64,000 nucleotides of DNA. Origin: Ginglymostoma cirratum (lineage: Eukaryota). The position numbers and the translations under genes are program-made. Under the pieces are notes generated by a model. It saw only the letters and a list, made by a program, of their open reading frames with translations, ran no database searches and was not told the DNA's origin. Shown here piece after piece: positions 28,001 to 40,000 of this stretch. The DNA is taken from contig JAHRHZ010000218.1 in assembly GCA_024137785.1 (NCBI GenBank), positions 11,818,128 through 11,882,127 of the forward strand, written 5' to 3'. Every line of letters starts with the position of its first letter. The first letter of the stretch is position 1.

Positions 28001-31000
28001 GCAGATGGCGGAAGTGTCGGAGGATGATGCGTTGGATCCGGAGGTTGGTGGGGTGGTATGTGAGGACAAGGGGGATTCTTTTTTGGTTATTGTTGCGGGG
28101 ACGGGGCGTGAGGGATGTGTTCCGGGAAATGCGGGAGACACGGTCGAGGGCGTTCTCGACCACTGTGGGGGGGAAGTTGCGGTCCTTGAAGAATGAGGAC
28201 ATTTGAGATGTGCGGGATTGGAATGTCTCATTCTGGGAGCAGATGCGGCGGAGGTGAAGGAATTGGGAATAGGGGATGGTATTTTTGCAGGAGGGTGGGT
28301 TCCACCCCACCCACCCTTATCTGCCTTCTGGAGGGACCAGTCCCTCCGTGACTCCCTTGTCCGCTCCACACCCACCTCCAGCCCCACCACACCTGGCACT
28401 TTTCCTTGTAACCGCAGGAAGTGCTACGCCTGCCGCCACACCTCCTCCCTCACCCCAATCCCAGGCCCCAAGAAGACTTTCCACATCAGGCAGAGGTTAA
28501 CCTGCACATCTGCCAATGTGGTATACTGCATCCGCTGTACCCGTTGTGGCTTCCTCTACATCGGGGAAACCAAGCGGAGGCTTGGGGACCGCTTTGCAGA
28601 ACACCTGCGCTCAGTTCGCAACAAACAACTGCACCTCCCAGTTGCGAACCATTTCAACTCCCCCTCCCATTCCTCAGATGACATGTCCATCCTTGGCCTC
28701 CTGCAATGCCACAGTGATGCCACCCGAAGGCTGCAGGAACAGCAAATCATATTCAGCCTGGGAACCCTGCAGCCCAATGGCATCAATGTGGATTTCACAA
28801 GCTTCAAAATCTCCCCTCTCCCAACCGCATCTCAAAACCAGCCCAGCTCATCTCCACCTCCCTAACCTGTTTTTCCTCTCACCTCAAGCCACACCCCCAT
28901 CTCCTATCTACTAACATCATCCCGCCCCCTTGACCTGTCCGTCCTCCCTGGACTGACCTATCCCCTCCCTACCCCCCTACCTACACTCACCTTTACTGGC
29001 TCCATCCCCGCCTCTTCGACTTGTCTGCCTCCTCTCCACCTATCCTCTCCTCTATCCATCCTCTATCCACCTCCCCCTCTCTCCCTATTTATTTCAGAAC
29101 CCTCTTCCCCTCCCCCATTTCTGATGAAGGGTTTAGGCCCGAAACGTCAAGTTTTCCTGCTCCTCTGATGCTGCTTGACCTGCTGTGTTCATCCAGCCCC
29201 ATGCTTATAAGCATTAATAATGTTTCTGGAATTTTTTAAAAATGTTTTAGAACAATAGTGTTAATTATAACATGTAATTTTAATTGAGAACATCAAGTAT
29301 TGTTCATTTGTACATTTGTTCAAATCATATTCTCCCAACCATTCATTGTCTTGTAATTTTACTTGTCAGTATGTTATCTGAAATAATTGTAAAAATTTAC
29401 AGAGATAGTGTAAGGTCTCAAATACCAAAAAAAATTCAGAGATAATTAATATAAACTTTGAAATTTCACTATACCACACATTATTTAATATGCTAGCATA
29501 AAATTCCTCTACCTATTTCTTTCAGTGGAGAAATAAAGACATTTATCCTAAGCAGGATAACCAACTCTGTTAAAACAAAGGAATTCCACATAACTGCATT
29601 GAGTGTTCACAATCTAACATTAAACAACATTAGAGCACAGTTGACAGCGTGTCTGATTTTACGTCCTGTCAGATGTAAAGTAAATTCACATAGATATAAA
29701 ATTAGACATCAATTTGTTTCAATTTAGCACCAGACGTGTTGGATTAAAGTTATCCCTTCAGCTTACTCAGAGATAGCAAGAACTGCAGATACTGGAGTCA
29801 GAGACAACACTGTGTGAAGCTGAAGGAACATAGCAGGCCAGGCAGCATCGGAGGAGCGGGAAAGTTGACGTTTTGGGTAGGCTCATTATCTCTGAAGAAG
29901 GGTCCCAACCCGAAACGTCAACTTTCCCGCTCCTCCAATGCTGCCTGACCTGCTGTGTTCCTCCAGCTCCACACTGTGTTATCCCTTCAGTTTACATGGT
30001 CTTTAAGATTATCAGATTATGCTATAAATTATTTGTATAAAAACATGCCTTGCACTTATCCAAACACAAACAAATAGAATTCAGAAAGTACGCATGATTA
30101 TTTGTCATTTTATTTCCCCCTGCCACCTGATAAACCAACATAATTGATACAATGAGATAACAAGGTGTAGAGCTGGATGAACACAGCAGGCCAGACAGCA
30201 TCAGAGGAGCAGGAAAGCTGACATTTCGGGTCTGGACCCTTCTTCAGAAATGGGGGATTCAGAAATGCCATTTCTGAAGAAGCGTCCAGACCCGAAATGT
30301 CAGCTTTCCTACTCCTCTGATGCTGCGCCTGCTGTGTCCATCCAGTTCTACACCTTGTTATCTCAGATTCTCTAGCATCAGCAGTTCCTACTCTCTCTCT
30401 ATAATTGATACAATGATTTCTTTTCTCACAAGCTCATCTAATAATACTTAAAATGGGGATGTTAAGTCACAAATTGTATGGGATAAATGTCATTTTAAGA
30501 CATCCAATTTTATAGCACCAAAGGACCATCTCAATCATACATTAGAAACTTACTGTCAACATTTTTAATCCAAACGTTAAGTGGCAAAATTATGAGAGAT
30601 AATAGGTACTGCAGATATTGCTTGGCCTGCTGTGTTCATCCAGCTCCACACCTTGTTATCTGGCAAAATTATGATCTAGATTGTGAAATGCAATCTGCAA
30701 ACGTAATAAGAAAATTAGCCTTGATATGCATGAAATGTTTTCTGATAGAATGAAGAGTCAGGATAGCATTAGTGATATCCCAAAATAGATACATCAAGAT
30801 AGTGGGCTTTATTTGTCAGAGAGATCCATGCTACAAAGTGTTCAGTATTCAAAACAAGCCTGGGGTTGGGCAATTCCATTGAGTTTGGCCAAAAACAGTC
30901 TAAAACAATTTGAAAAATCAAAAGCTGCAAAGCATCGGCTAAATAAAACCATTGTATGCATCTTTGTTTTCCAGACACCATTGCACCTAGCTATCCTTAG

Positions 31001-34000
31001 TGGAGATCTCCTCACAGTCCAGATGCTCTGTGAGCAGGTAAGTTCAAAGGACAGAAACATGTCCTGTTGCCTGTGTTGTATTTCATGTTACTCAGGCATT
31101 TTAAAGGTTTCGATAAGATTAGCACATTCCGCATGATGGAGGTGTGCTCAGCAACATGATTTCGTACTTGCTTGAGAAAAGAACTTCCGTGCTCTAGGAT
31201 AAATTGTAGCACTCAAACTTGAAAACAAAGTTGCAAAAGTTGGTAATTTAACATTAAAGTTTTTCAAAACTTAGGATTTAATATGTGTGCTGGTTAATAG
31301 TGCTACGCAGATGTTGATCTAAGCATATTTTAAATATTGTTAATTTTTCACACGTTCCCATTTGGAACTGCAGACTTGTGCCCAACAATACTTGTGCAGC
31401 TTCATCAAAAATGATGATCAGCATAGAAATGAAGGAACTGAGAAGTGGGGATTAACAAGATCCAAGAATAGCATTCCTCATTCGGAAGAGATGGGTATCG
31501 TCCAATATATAGTATTGTTTTGAAAATAAATCTATAACTCATTGAGATGGCTGGTTTTACATCCTGTCAGATGTAAAGTAAAATCACATAGATGTAAAAT
31601 TAGACAGCTAAATCAATTTGTGTCAATTTAGCACGAGATGAGTTGGATTAAAGTTATCCCTTCAGTTTACTCCAAGAAAGCAAGAACTGCAGATGTTGGA
31701 GTCAGAGATAACACAGTGTGGAGCTGAAGGAACCCATTATCTTTTAGAAATCAGTGCATCTAAATATTACAGAATTATTTAAGATCCATCGGTAGTCCAC
31801 CCATTCCCCAAGGAGATTTTTACGGCAGTTAGTGCAGAACTGAATATATACTGTAGCAGTGTTGGTGTGTAGTGCAAAATACATGGAAGGTGATGCAATA
31901 ACATTGATTCCAGTCTTCCTTAAGCCTTGATTTATTCCTCATCCAACACTTCAGTCTATAAATTAGACAATCCAGGGAGACATCATAATGCAGCTACTTG
32001 GATTTTAATTTAAAGTAATAATCCAGATTAATCCAATGCCCTTAGCAACCTACTGTGATATAACTTCCCAGGATGTTTTCTAATCAACCTTTTTAGAAAC
32101 ATTACAAACACCTCTGGAGCAGGTGGGACTTGGACACTCCTAGTTCAGAGATAGGGACATTATCATCACACTACATGAGCCCTCAATACATTTTCTAATC
32201 AACCTGTTCAGAGATGTTATTACATCCCTTTGGAGCAGATGGGACTTGAACCTGGGCCTCCTGTTCAGTATAACCTCTCAAGATGTTTATAGAATTTAAA
32301 TTTCACTGTCTGCGATGATCAGATTCAAAGCTTGGTCACAGAGCCTTAGCTTGAGTTCTGGATTAGTAGCCCAATGCTGATATCATTAAACCACTACCTC
32401 TCCAGTAAAACCTCTCAAATACGTTCTAAGGTGAAATACTTGGATTAATCCAATCATTATAGAAGCAGATTCAGTTATTTAGTCACTGAAGTCTTGTTCC
32501 ATCATTCCATCAGGTTGTGGTTGAAGTGTACCTCAATTCTTTTTACCTGCCTTTGTTCCATGTTTTTTCATAGCTTTATGTGACAAGAATCTTTCAGCCT
32601 CTGCCTTAAAAATTTAATTGAGTCAGCTGCCATCCTATTTTAGGGTGAGAGTTCATGATTTCCATTATGATCTGTGTAAAAAGATATTGAGATTGTGCTC
32701 CTTGTTTTTGCAGAGGAAGTTGTTTCCCTATAACCATACTATCATAGCCCTTTATCATTTAAAAACACAACTAAAATAACACCTCAACATTCTCAAAAAA
32801 ATTACAGACAAAAATTGTGCACCCTCTCCTCAGATTTTCTCACTTTAAACCCAGTGATTCTAGTGAATATTAGTTTCACAAATTATCATTCAACCAATGG
32901 GTGTTACATACTCTGACTGGAGATTTTCCTGGATTTGACTGATCACAAAACATCATAAAAAAATCAAGTTCTTGTCCCTACTTCATTCCCCACTGTTGGA
33001 TTCTTCCCCGCAACTACCTAAACACCTAGTCTCCCACCTCTTTTCCAATTCCCAATCTTAATTTCTCCCCCAACCTCTATCCCCTCATCTGCCTTCCAAA
33101 TCTCCATAATCTTTGCCTGTCTCTCCCCAAACTCCTAAACCCCATCCCATTACCATTCCTCACCACCTTGTGACTCCGTAATCTGACAGCAGAACACAAA
33201 TTGTTCCTAGCGAAGTCATGGCTTCCTGCAGTAACAGGAAGTGGAGCATGTTCTTGATTAAAAGGCTTGTCCGCAGTGTCAGCCAGTGATGTCACAGAGT
33301 GGACCAAGGGGTTTCTGCTTCAGCAGGAGAGTGAGAAGAACAGCTGGGCTACCAGCTGTAGATACACCAACAGTGCTGTTAGGGAGGGAGTTCTGCGATC
33401 TTGCCCCAGAAACAGTGAAGAAGTAGCAATATAGTTCCAAGTCAGGATGATTTGTGGCACATCATACATATTGTTTACATGTATCTGCAACCCTCATCCT
33501 TCTAGTTAGTAGAGTCTGTGTATTTGGAATTTGCTGTTGAAGAATGGTTTATGAGTTATTGCAGTGCATCTTGGAGTTGGTGCACACTGCTGCCATTGTC
33601 CATCAGCGATAGAGGGAGTGAATGTTGATGGTATTGGGTAGGTTTCCAATCTAGTCAGCCACTATGTCCTGGACAGTATCAAGTTTCTTGAGTTGTTGGA
33701 GCTGCTTTCATGCAGGCAAGTGGAATATTCCATCAATCTCCAGACTTGTAGATAATGGATAGCCTTTGAGGAGTGCGGAGGTAAGTCACTTGCTGTGGAA
33801 TTCCAAGCCACTAACCTGCTATTAGAATATATATATGTTTAGCTTAGTTGGAAGCCCACAATATTGGTAATGGGGATTCTGTGATGGAAATGCCATTGAA
33901 CATCAAGGGACAGTGTTGGGTTCTCTCTTGTTGGCGATGGTCATTGTCTGGCACTTGTATGGCACAAATGTTACTTGCCATTTATCAACCCAAGCCTCAA

Positions 34001-37000
34001 TGTTGTCCAGAATTTCCTGTATTCATGCATGGACTGTTTCAGTACCTGCAAGAACTGCAAATGGTACTGAACGTTTTGCAATTGTTGACAAATATCTCCA
34101 GTCCTGACTTTGTGATAGAGGGAAGGTCATTTGATGGAGCATCTGAAGATGTTTGGGTCATGATACTATCCTGAAGAACTCCTACAGTGATGCCATGTGG
34201 CTGAAATCACGATGTGTACACCTGGACTGCAAACACCTTTTGTTCTTCCACATTTCCTGGTCTTTCAGCATGAAGAAAGTATTTCAATATATCTTTCTTG
34301 GATCCATGGAGAGTAGCCTCACACTTCCCCCAAATTGCACTCCTTCTGTCATACTTAACCACTAATTTCATCTCCTTCTGACTATTTGGAATTTTCTACT
34401 CATATTGACACAATTCTCTGAGCCTCTTGATAGAGCCATCTTCATTTTTGAATATATAACTCCATTCCTTCATCCAAGTCAATAGTTATATACTGAAAAG
34501 CTGAGTTCCAAGCACAGATTCCTAGGAAATAGCATTTGTTAAATTCCATCAACCAGGTTATGTTTCTGTTATCCTTCCAACTCATTTAATAACATAACCT
34601 CCAATTTGGTGTGCTACTATTTTCATTAATAATTTTCTGGAAATTGATACAGACAACATCCAAACCCATGATTTTTTTTCTGATGAAGGGTCTAGGCCCG
34701 AAATGTCAAGCTTTCCTGCTCCTATGATGCTGCTTGGCCTGCTGTGTTCATCCAGCCCCACACCTTGTTATCCAAACCCAATATCTTGTTCATTTCTGAA
34801 GAAGGGTCCAGACCCGAAACATCAACTTTCCTGCTTCTCTGATGCTGCTTGGCCTGCTGTGTTCATCCAGCTCTACACTTGTTATCTTGTGCATTCTGTT
34901 ACTGACCTTCTCATGATGCTGACCTCAACAATTTCAAAATTATCCTGGCTCTTCTTTGCACTGCCTTGGCTGCTTGGATATTCTTATGTTTTCTTGTTGC
35001 CAAGAACTGGATACACTACTTCAAACAGTAGACAGACCAAAGCACTACACAACTTGTTTGTTACATTGCCTGATTTGTGTTAGACTGTTCTAGCTTTGCA
35101 GTTCAACAAATTAGCTTTTTTTAATCACTGCTGTGAATTTGTTGATGCATCAGCTGTGATTTTAGAAGGACAATGAATCAGCAACTTCAGGATGTATTAG
35201 CTATGGCCAATTTTACCAAAAGGTTACTGGATCTGTTGGCCAAGTCGTCTATTGGTCACATGACACAATTACACGCCCATACAATGCAACTTCTAGTGAG
35301 AGCCTTGACCACTATATCACTAGAATAGCACTTCAAGGGAGGCTGTATTCAGTCAAGGCTCAAATCTAATAAATTGTAAATCCCCATTGGAAGTCTTTGT
35401 GTACCTGCTGTTGTACCTTCTCTGCACCTGCATCGACAGAAACTAACTTCATAATTGCAAACCTTCAGCCTGTTTTACAACATTGTAGAAAACAGAGTGT
35501 AGGTAGCAAGCAGGATGGGCAGATTTGAATTTGGTGACTGGGGAGTTACAAATAGAGTATTAGAGTCATACAACACGGAAACAGACCCTTTGGTCCAACT
35601 TGCCCATGCTGACCAAGTTTCCCAAACTAAACTAGCCCCACTTGTCTGCATTTGTCCCATATCCCTCTAAACCTTTCCTTCCATGTACCTGTCCAAATGT
35701 CTTTTAAATGTTGTAACTGTACGTGCATCTACCACATCCTCTGGCAGTTCATGGGAGGAGATCATCATTTCTTTTACAAATGTCAGTAGTTGCATTACCT
35801 TACACTGATTCTGTGAAGAATGAATGCCTGGAGTATGTGCAAGATGATTTCTGGAGGAGAATATTGAAGAACTAACTAAGGATTGGACTATTTTATATTT
35901 ATTATTATGTAACGAGAAAGGACTAATTAATAGCTAAGCTATTAATATTAACACCAGTAATATTAACTAAAACCATTAAATTTTAAAGTGATATCGCCCA
36001 TTTTAGAACTAGGGTCTTAACTCTGAACAAGGGAAACAATGAAAGGATGAGGGGCAAGCTGACTATGGTGGATTGGGAAAATTCACTAAGAGATTTGATG
36101 GTAGACAGTAATGGCAAGTAATTAAATAAGTACTACGTAAGATATGCATTCCTCTAAGATACAAACACCAAATGAGAAAGGTGAACCAACTTCAACTAAT
36201 AAAATTAGCTAGATATTCTTTTAGATCAAAAGAAATTCCAACTCAGAAGAAGTTAATTTGGCCCATCACGTCTGCGCCTACTCTCCAAATGAACGGCTCA
36301 TTCAGGATCGTTCTCCATGGAATCCGGCAGATTGTTCATTTTCAAAATTAACAAATTCCCTTTGAACGCCTAATTTGAATTTATTTCAAATCTTATTTTA
36401 CTCTGCCACACTCTCGCCTAAAAGTGCATTCCAGGTCCTGATCACTTAATGCATGAATTTGTTTTTCTCCTAAATCTCTTTTGCTCCTTTTAGTAATTAG
36501 TTTAAATCTGTACCCTCTTGTTCTTTTTCCTTTCCTGATTAGGAAAGTGTTCTCCCTGTTTGCTCTTTGCACACGTCTCAGGGCATTCATTGCTTCAATC
36601 AGATCTCATCTCAGCTTTTACTTCAGTAAGGAAAGCAGTCCCAACTTTTTAATCTATGTTCATGAATTCCTTATCCTGAAACCTCTTCTGCACTGTCTCC
36701 AATGCCTCCACATCCTTCCTAAAGTGTGACACCTCCCTGAAAGTGCACATAAACATTCCAGGTGAGATTTACCTGGTGTCTTAGAAAGAGACACATCACA
36801 TTACGTAATTTATTATGGCCCATTTGGCTAATTAATTAACCAAAGATGAGAAGATTGGTCAAGCAAATTGTTCTCTAGAACCCATTTTAACTTGACTATA
36901 TTGTTATGCAGATGATTCTGAAGTCTACACTTTATAATCAATTTTATCATGCTTCATGGCATGGCTATGAGATCTGCAGTTTTTTTTACATTTTTTTAAT

Positions 37001-40000
37001 CTACTTTCTTTATTATGGTGTACAGCATCTCTGCAAGGTCTTGCTCCACTTTACCTCACTCAGCAGATCAATTGCCCCTTCTTCTTCTCTGTACTTTTCA
37101 TTTCCCCAGTGTAGAGGAGACCACATTGTGAGCAGAAAATGCAGTAGACTAGATTCTGGGAAGTGCAGGTGATGTGTTGCTTCATGGGCAGGTGTTGCAC
37201 CTTTGCTGGTTACAGGGGAAGATGCCATAGGGCTGTGGGGAGATGTTGGGGGTGAAGGAAGTGTGGACCAGGGCGTCCCTGAGGGAATGCTCCCTGCGGA
37301 AGGCAGACAAGGGAGGGGAGGAGAATAAGTGTCTGGTGGTGGCATCACGCTGGAGATGGTGGAAATGGCATTTGATGATCTTCTGGATGTGGATGCTGGT
37401 AGGATGGTAGGTGAGGATAAACAGAACCCTATCACTGTTGTGGGAGGGAAGAGAAGAGGTGAGGGCGGACGTGCGGGAGATGGATCAGACCTGGTTGAGG
37501 GCCCTGTCGACAATGGAGCTGGGGAATCCTCGGTTGACGAAGAAGGTGGACAGTTCGGAGGCTCCCTTGTCGAAGTTGGCCTCTGAGCATATGCGACAGA
37601 GACGGAGGAACTGAGAGAATGGGATGGAGTCTTAACAGGGAGTGGGGTGTGAGGATGTATAGTCCAGGTAGCTGTGGGAGTCAGTGAGTTTGTAGTGGAT
37701 ATTAGTGGCCAGTCTATCCCCAGAAATGGAAACAGAGACATGGAGGAAGGGAAGGGAGGAGTCAGAGATAGACCAGGTGAAAGTGAGGGCAAGGTGGAAA
37801 TTAGAGGCGAAATTGATGAAGTTTTCCAATTCCAGACGAGAGAGGGAAGCAGCACCGATGATACCATCGATGTATCAGAGAAAGAGTTGTGAGTGGGAAG
37901 CAACACTTCACTTGCACTTCCCAGAATCTAGTCTACTGCATTCGCTGCTCACAATGTGGTCTCCTGTACATTGGGGAAACGAAGTGTAGACTGGGTGACT
38001 GCTTTGCAGAATATCTACGTCCTGCTCGCAAAAAAGACCCTGAGCTACCTGTTGCCTGCCACTTCAACGCACCACCCTGCTCGCTGGCCAACATCTCTGT
38101 CTCTGGCTTGCTGCAGTGTTCCAGGGAAGCCCAGCGCATGCTGGAGGAACAACACCTCATTTTCTACTTGGGGACCCTACAGCCCTCCAGACTCAATATT
38201 GAGTTCAATCATTTTAGGACCTAAACTCTCCCATGTCTTAGCCCCCCACCCCACACACCAGGCCTTGTTACCACATAGACTGCCATTACACACCCCTTGT
38301 TGTCAGTCACTAACAGTCCCCATTAACAACTATTCACCCTCCCAGCCTGATCATTAACCTTTGTCCGCCCAACTGTCTTTCTCTCTCTTTGGGATCTATC
38401 CTATCATTTACTCCCTACCCCATCCACCTCCCTATTTTCTGCATATAAACTGACGTTTTCCCAGCCACCATCAGTTCTGAGGAAGGGTCACCGGACCTGA
38501 AATGTTAACTCTGTTTTCTCCTTCACAGGTGCTGCCAGACCTGCTGAGCTTTTCCAGCAACTTGTTTTAGTTCATCACTTTATCTTGCTTGTTGATGTGG
38601 CTTAACTATCCAACTGACCTCTTGCTGTTGCCATCAGAGAAGTGGTGCAGTTGTAATCGTTGTCTCTTGTTAAATTAACAGTGAATAAAAAAAAAGCACT
38701 AATGTGTCTTCATTCCATGTAAATTTATTTCTTAGAATAGACCTACTGAGGCTTAAAGCAAACTAATAATCTCCCATGTATTTTTTTTCTAAACTGAAAA
38801 GTTCAAGGCTAATTGCTTACAAACATAACAGTGTAATTCTAATTTTTAGCATCTCTGATACACGCACCAAGAAGATTGACTGGATTAAAATGGCAACTTG
38901 TTTCCTCTTTCTAATTTGAGTGCCATTAAAGTTGCATTTGGGAAGAAAATGAAGTCTTTCTGTGGGAAGTAAGTTGAAATGACTCTCATGGAAACTGGTT
39001 GAAGGAGAGGAAGCCCCTAGCCTCTCAACACTTAGTCTTCAGGAAGATTTGTGAAATTACTCCACAAAGGCCAGTATCTCATCACCGGGTCACTCCATTT
39101 GTACATGGAGAGTCTTTGACACTGATTCAGCTCTCAGAGTGAACAGAATCTCTGACACTCCTGTTTATTTCTGTCAGCCAAGGCTCCCTGATTGGCCCAG
39201 ATTAACAACCCCAAACAGGCAACTCATATTCTACTAGGTCCACCTGGTTGACCTCATTACAATCACTACATCCCTCACCCTTTGAGTCCGAGGACGTAGG
39301 CCAGTTCATTTTTTTTTTTGTCGCTCCTCTGAGGCAATTTAGCTGAAATAAGCTGAACTATTATTTGCTCCAGTCTCTTAAAAAAAAGCAGAAGGTTGAA
39401 GCATAACCTTTACCCAGAATGGAGACATGGCTACCACACAAAGTGCTTGAGACAAACAGCATGAATGCATTTAAAAAGAAACTAGATAGATACTTGAGTG
39501 AGGAAGGAATAGAAAGAAAGATATGCAGATGATCATAGATGAATCAAGGTGACGGAAAGCATATGTTAAGCATGAACGCCAGCAGGATAAACTACTCTGA
39601 AGGTCCTTATTCTGTCCTTTGAGTTCCACTATTTCCACACTGAGTTAGAAAAAGATAAGATAGAGAGGGAAAATGGAGGACAGAAAGAATAAAATTAGTT
39701 TAAGAGAGAAGCAGAAGTGTCAGACACATCATGACACTTCTGTTGGGCTGGATTTTCAAAGTCAATAATATGGAAATGAAAAAATAATGAGCAAAATTTA
39801 TGTAAAATAAATTCACACTGGTGTTGTGTCTATAAAAATAAATTGTTTCTTTAAATTATAAATTTCAATGTCAACATTTATAAGCAAAACCATCTATGTA
39901 AACTCTTCCTGTTGTCAGAACAGTCTTCACTGGTGATGGCACTGAAACACTACAATTTTGCACTTATTTCCTCCACGTGTATTGTGAAAAGCTCCTTACA

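Larger units (their letters stand above)
27245..29207. mobile_element. Penelope-like retroelement, 5'-truncated with inverted arms (GIY-YIG endonuclease + pLTRs)
   Basis: Left arm (-, 27245 to about 28303) encodes PPSCKNTIPYSQFL.LRRICS and VVYCIRCTRCGFLYIGETKRRL. Right arm (+, about 28305-29207) encodes a GIY-YIG domain ending GINVDF. 16-bp TSD taagcattaataatgt at 27229-27244 and 29208-29223. Confidence 0.93.

Noticed and set aside
27326-28914. Long overlapping ORFs (357, 249, 220 aa) as host genes
   Set aside because: They are Penelope EN/RT fragments or antisense and alternative frames, some read through the N gap or across the inversion junction.
29749-30674. CRISPR-like array or DNA-transposon MITEs
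   Set aside because: Eukaryotic context; the direct repeats differ per insert (TSDs) and the inverted arms are Penelope pLTR sequence with unequal ends, not TIRs.
37013-37906. 297-aa Ser/Pro-rich ORF
   Set aside because: Off-frame reading of the C-rich Penelope coding strand.
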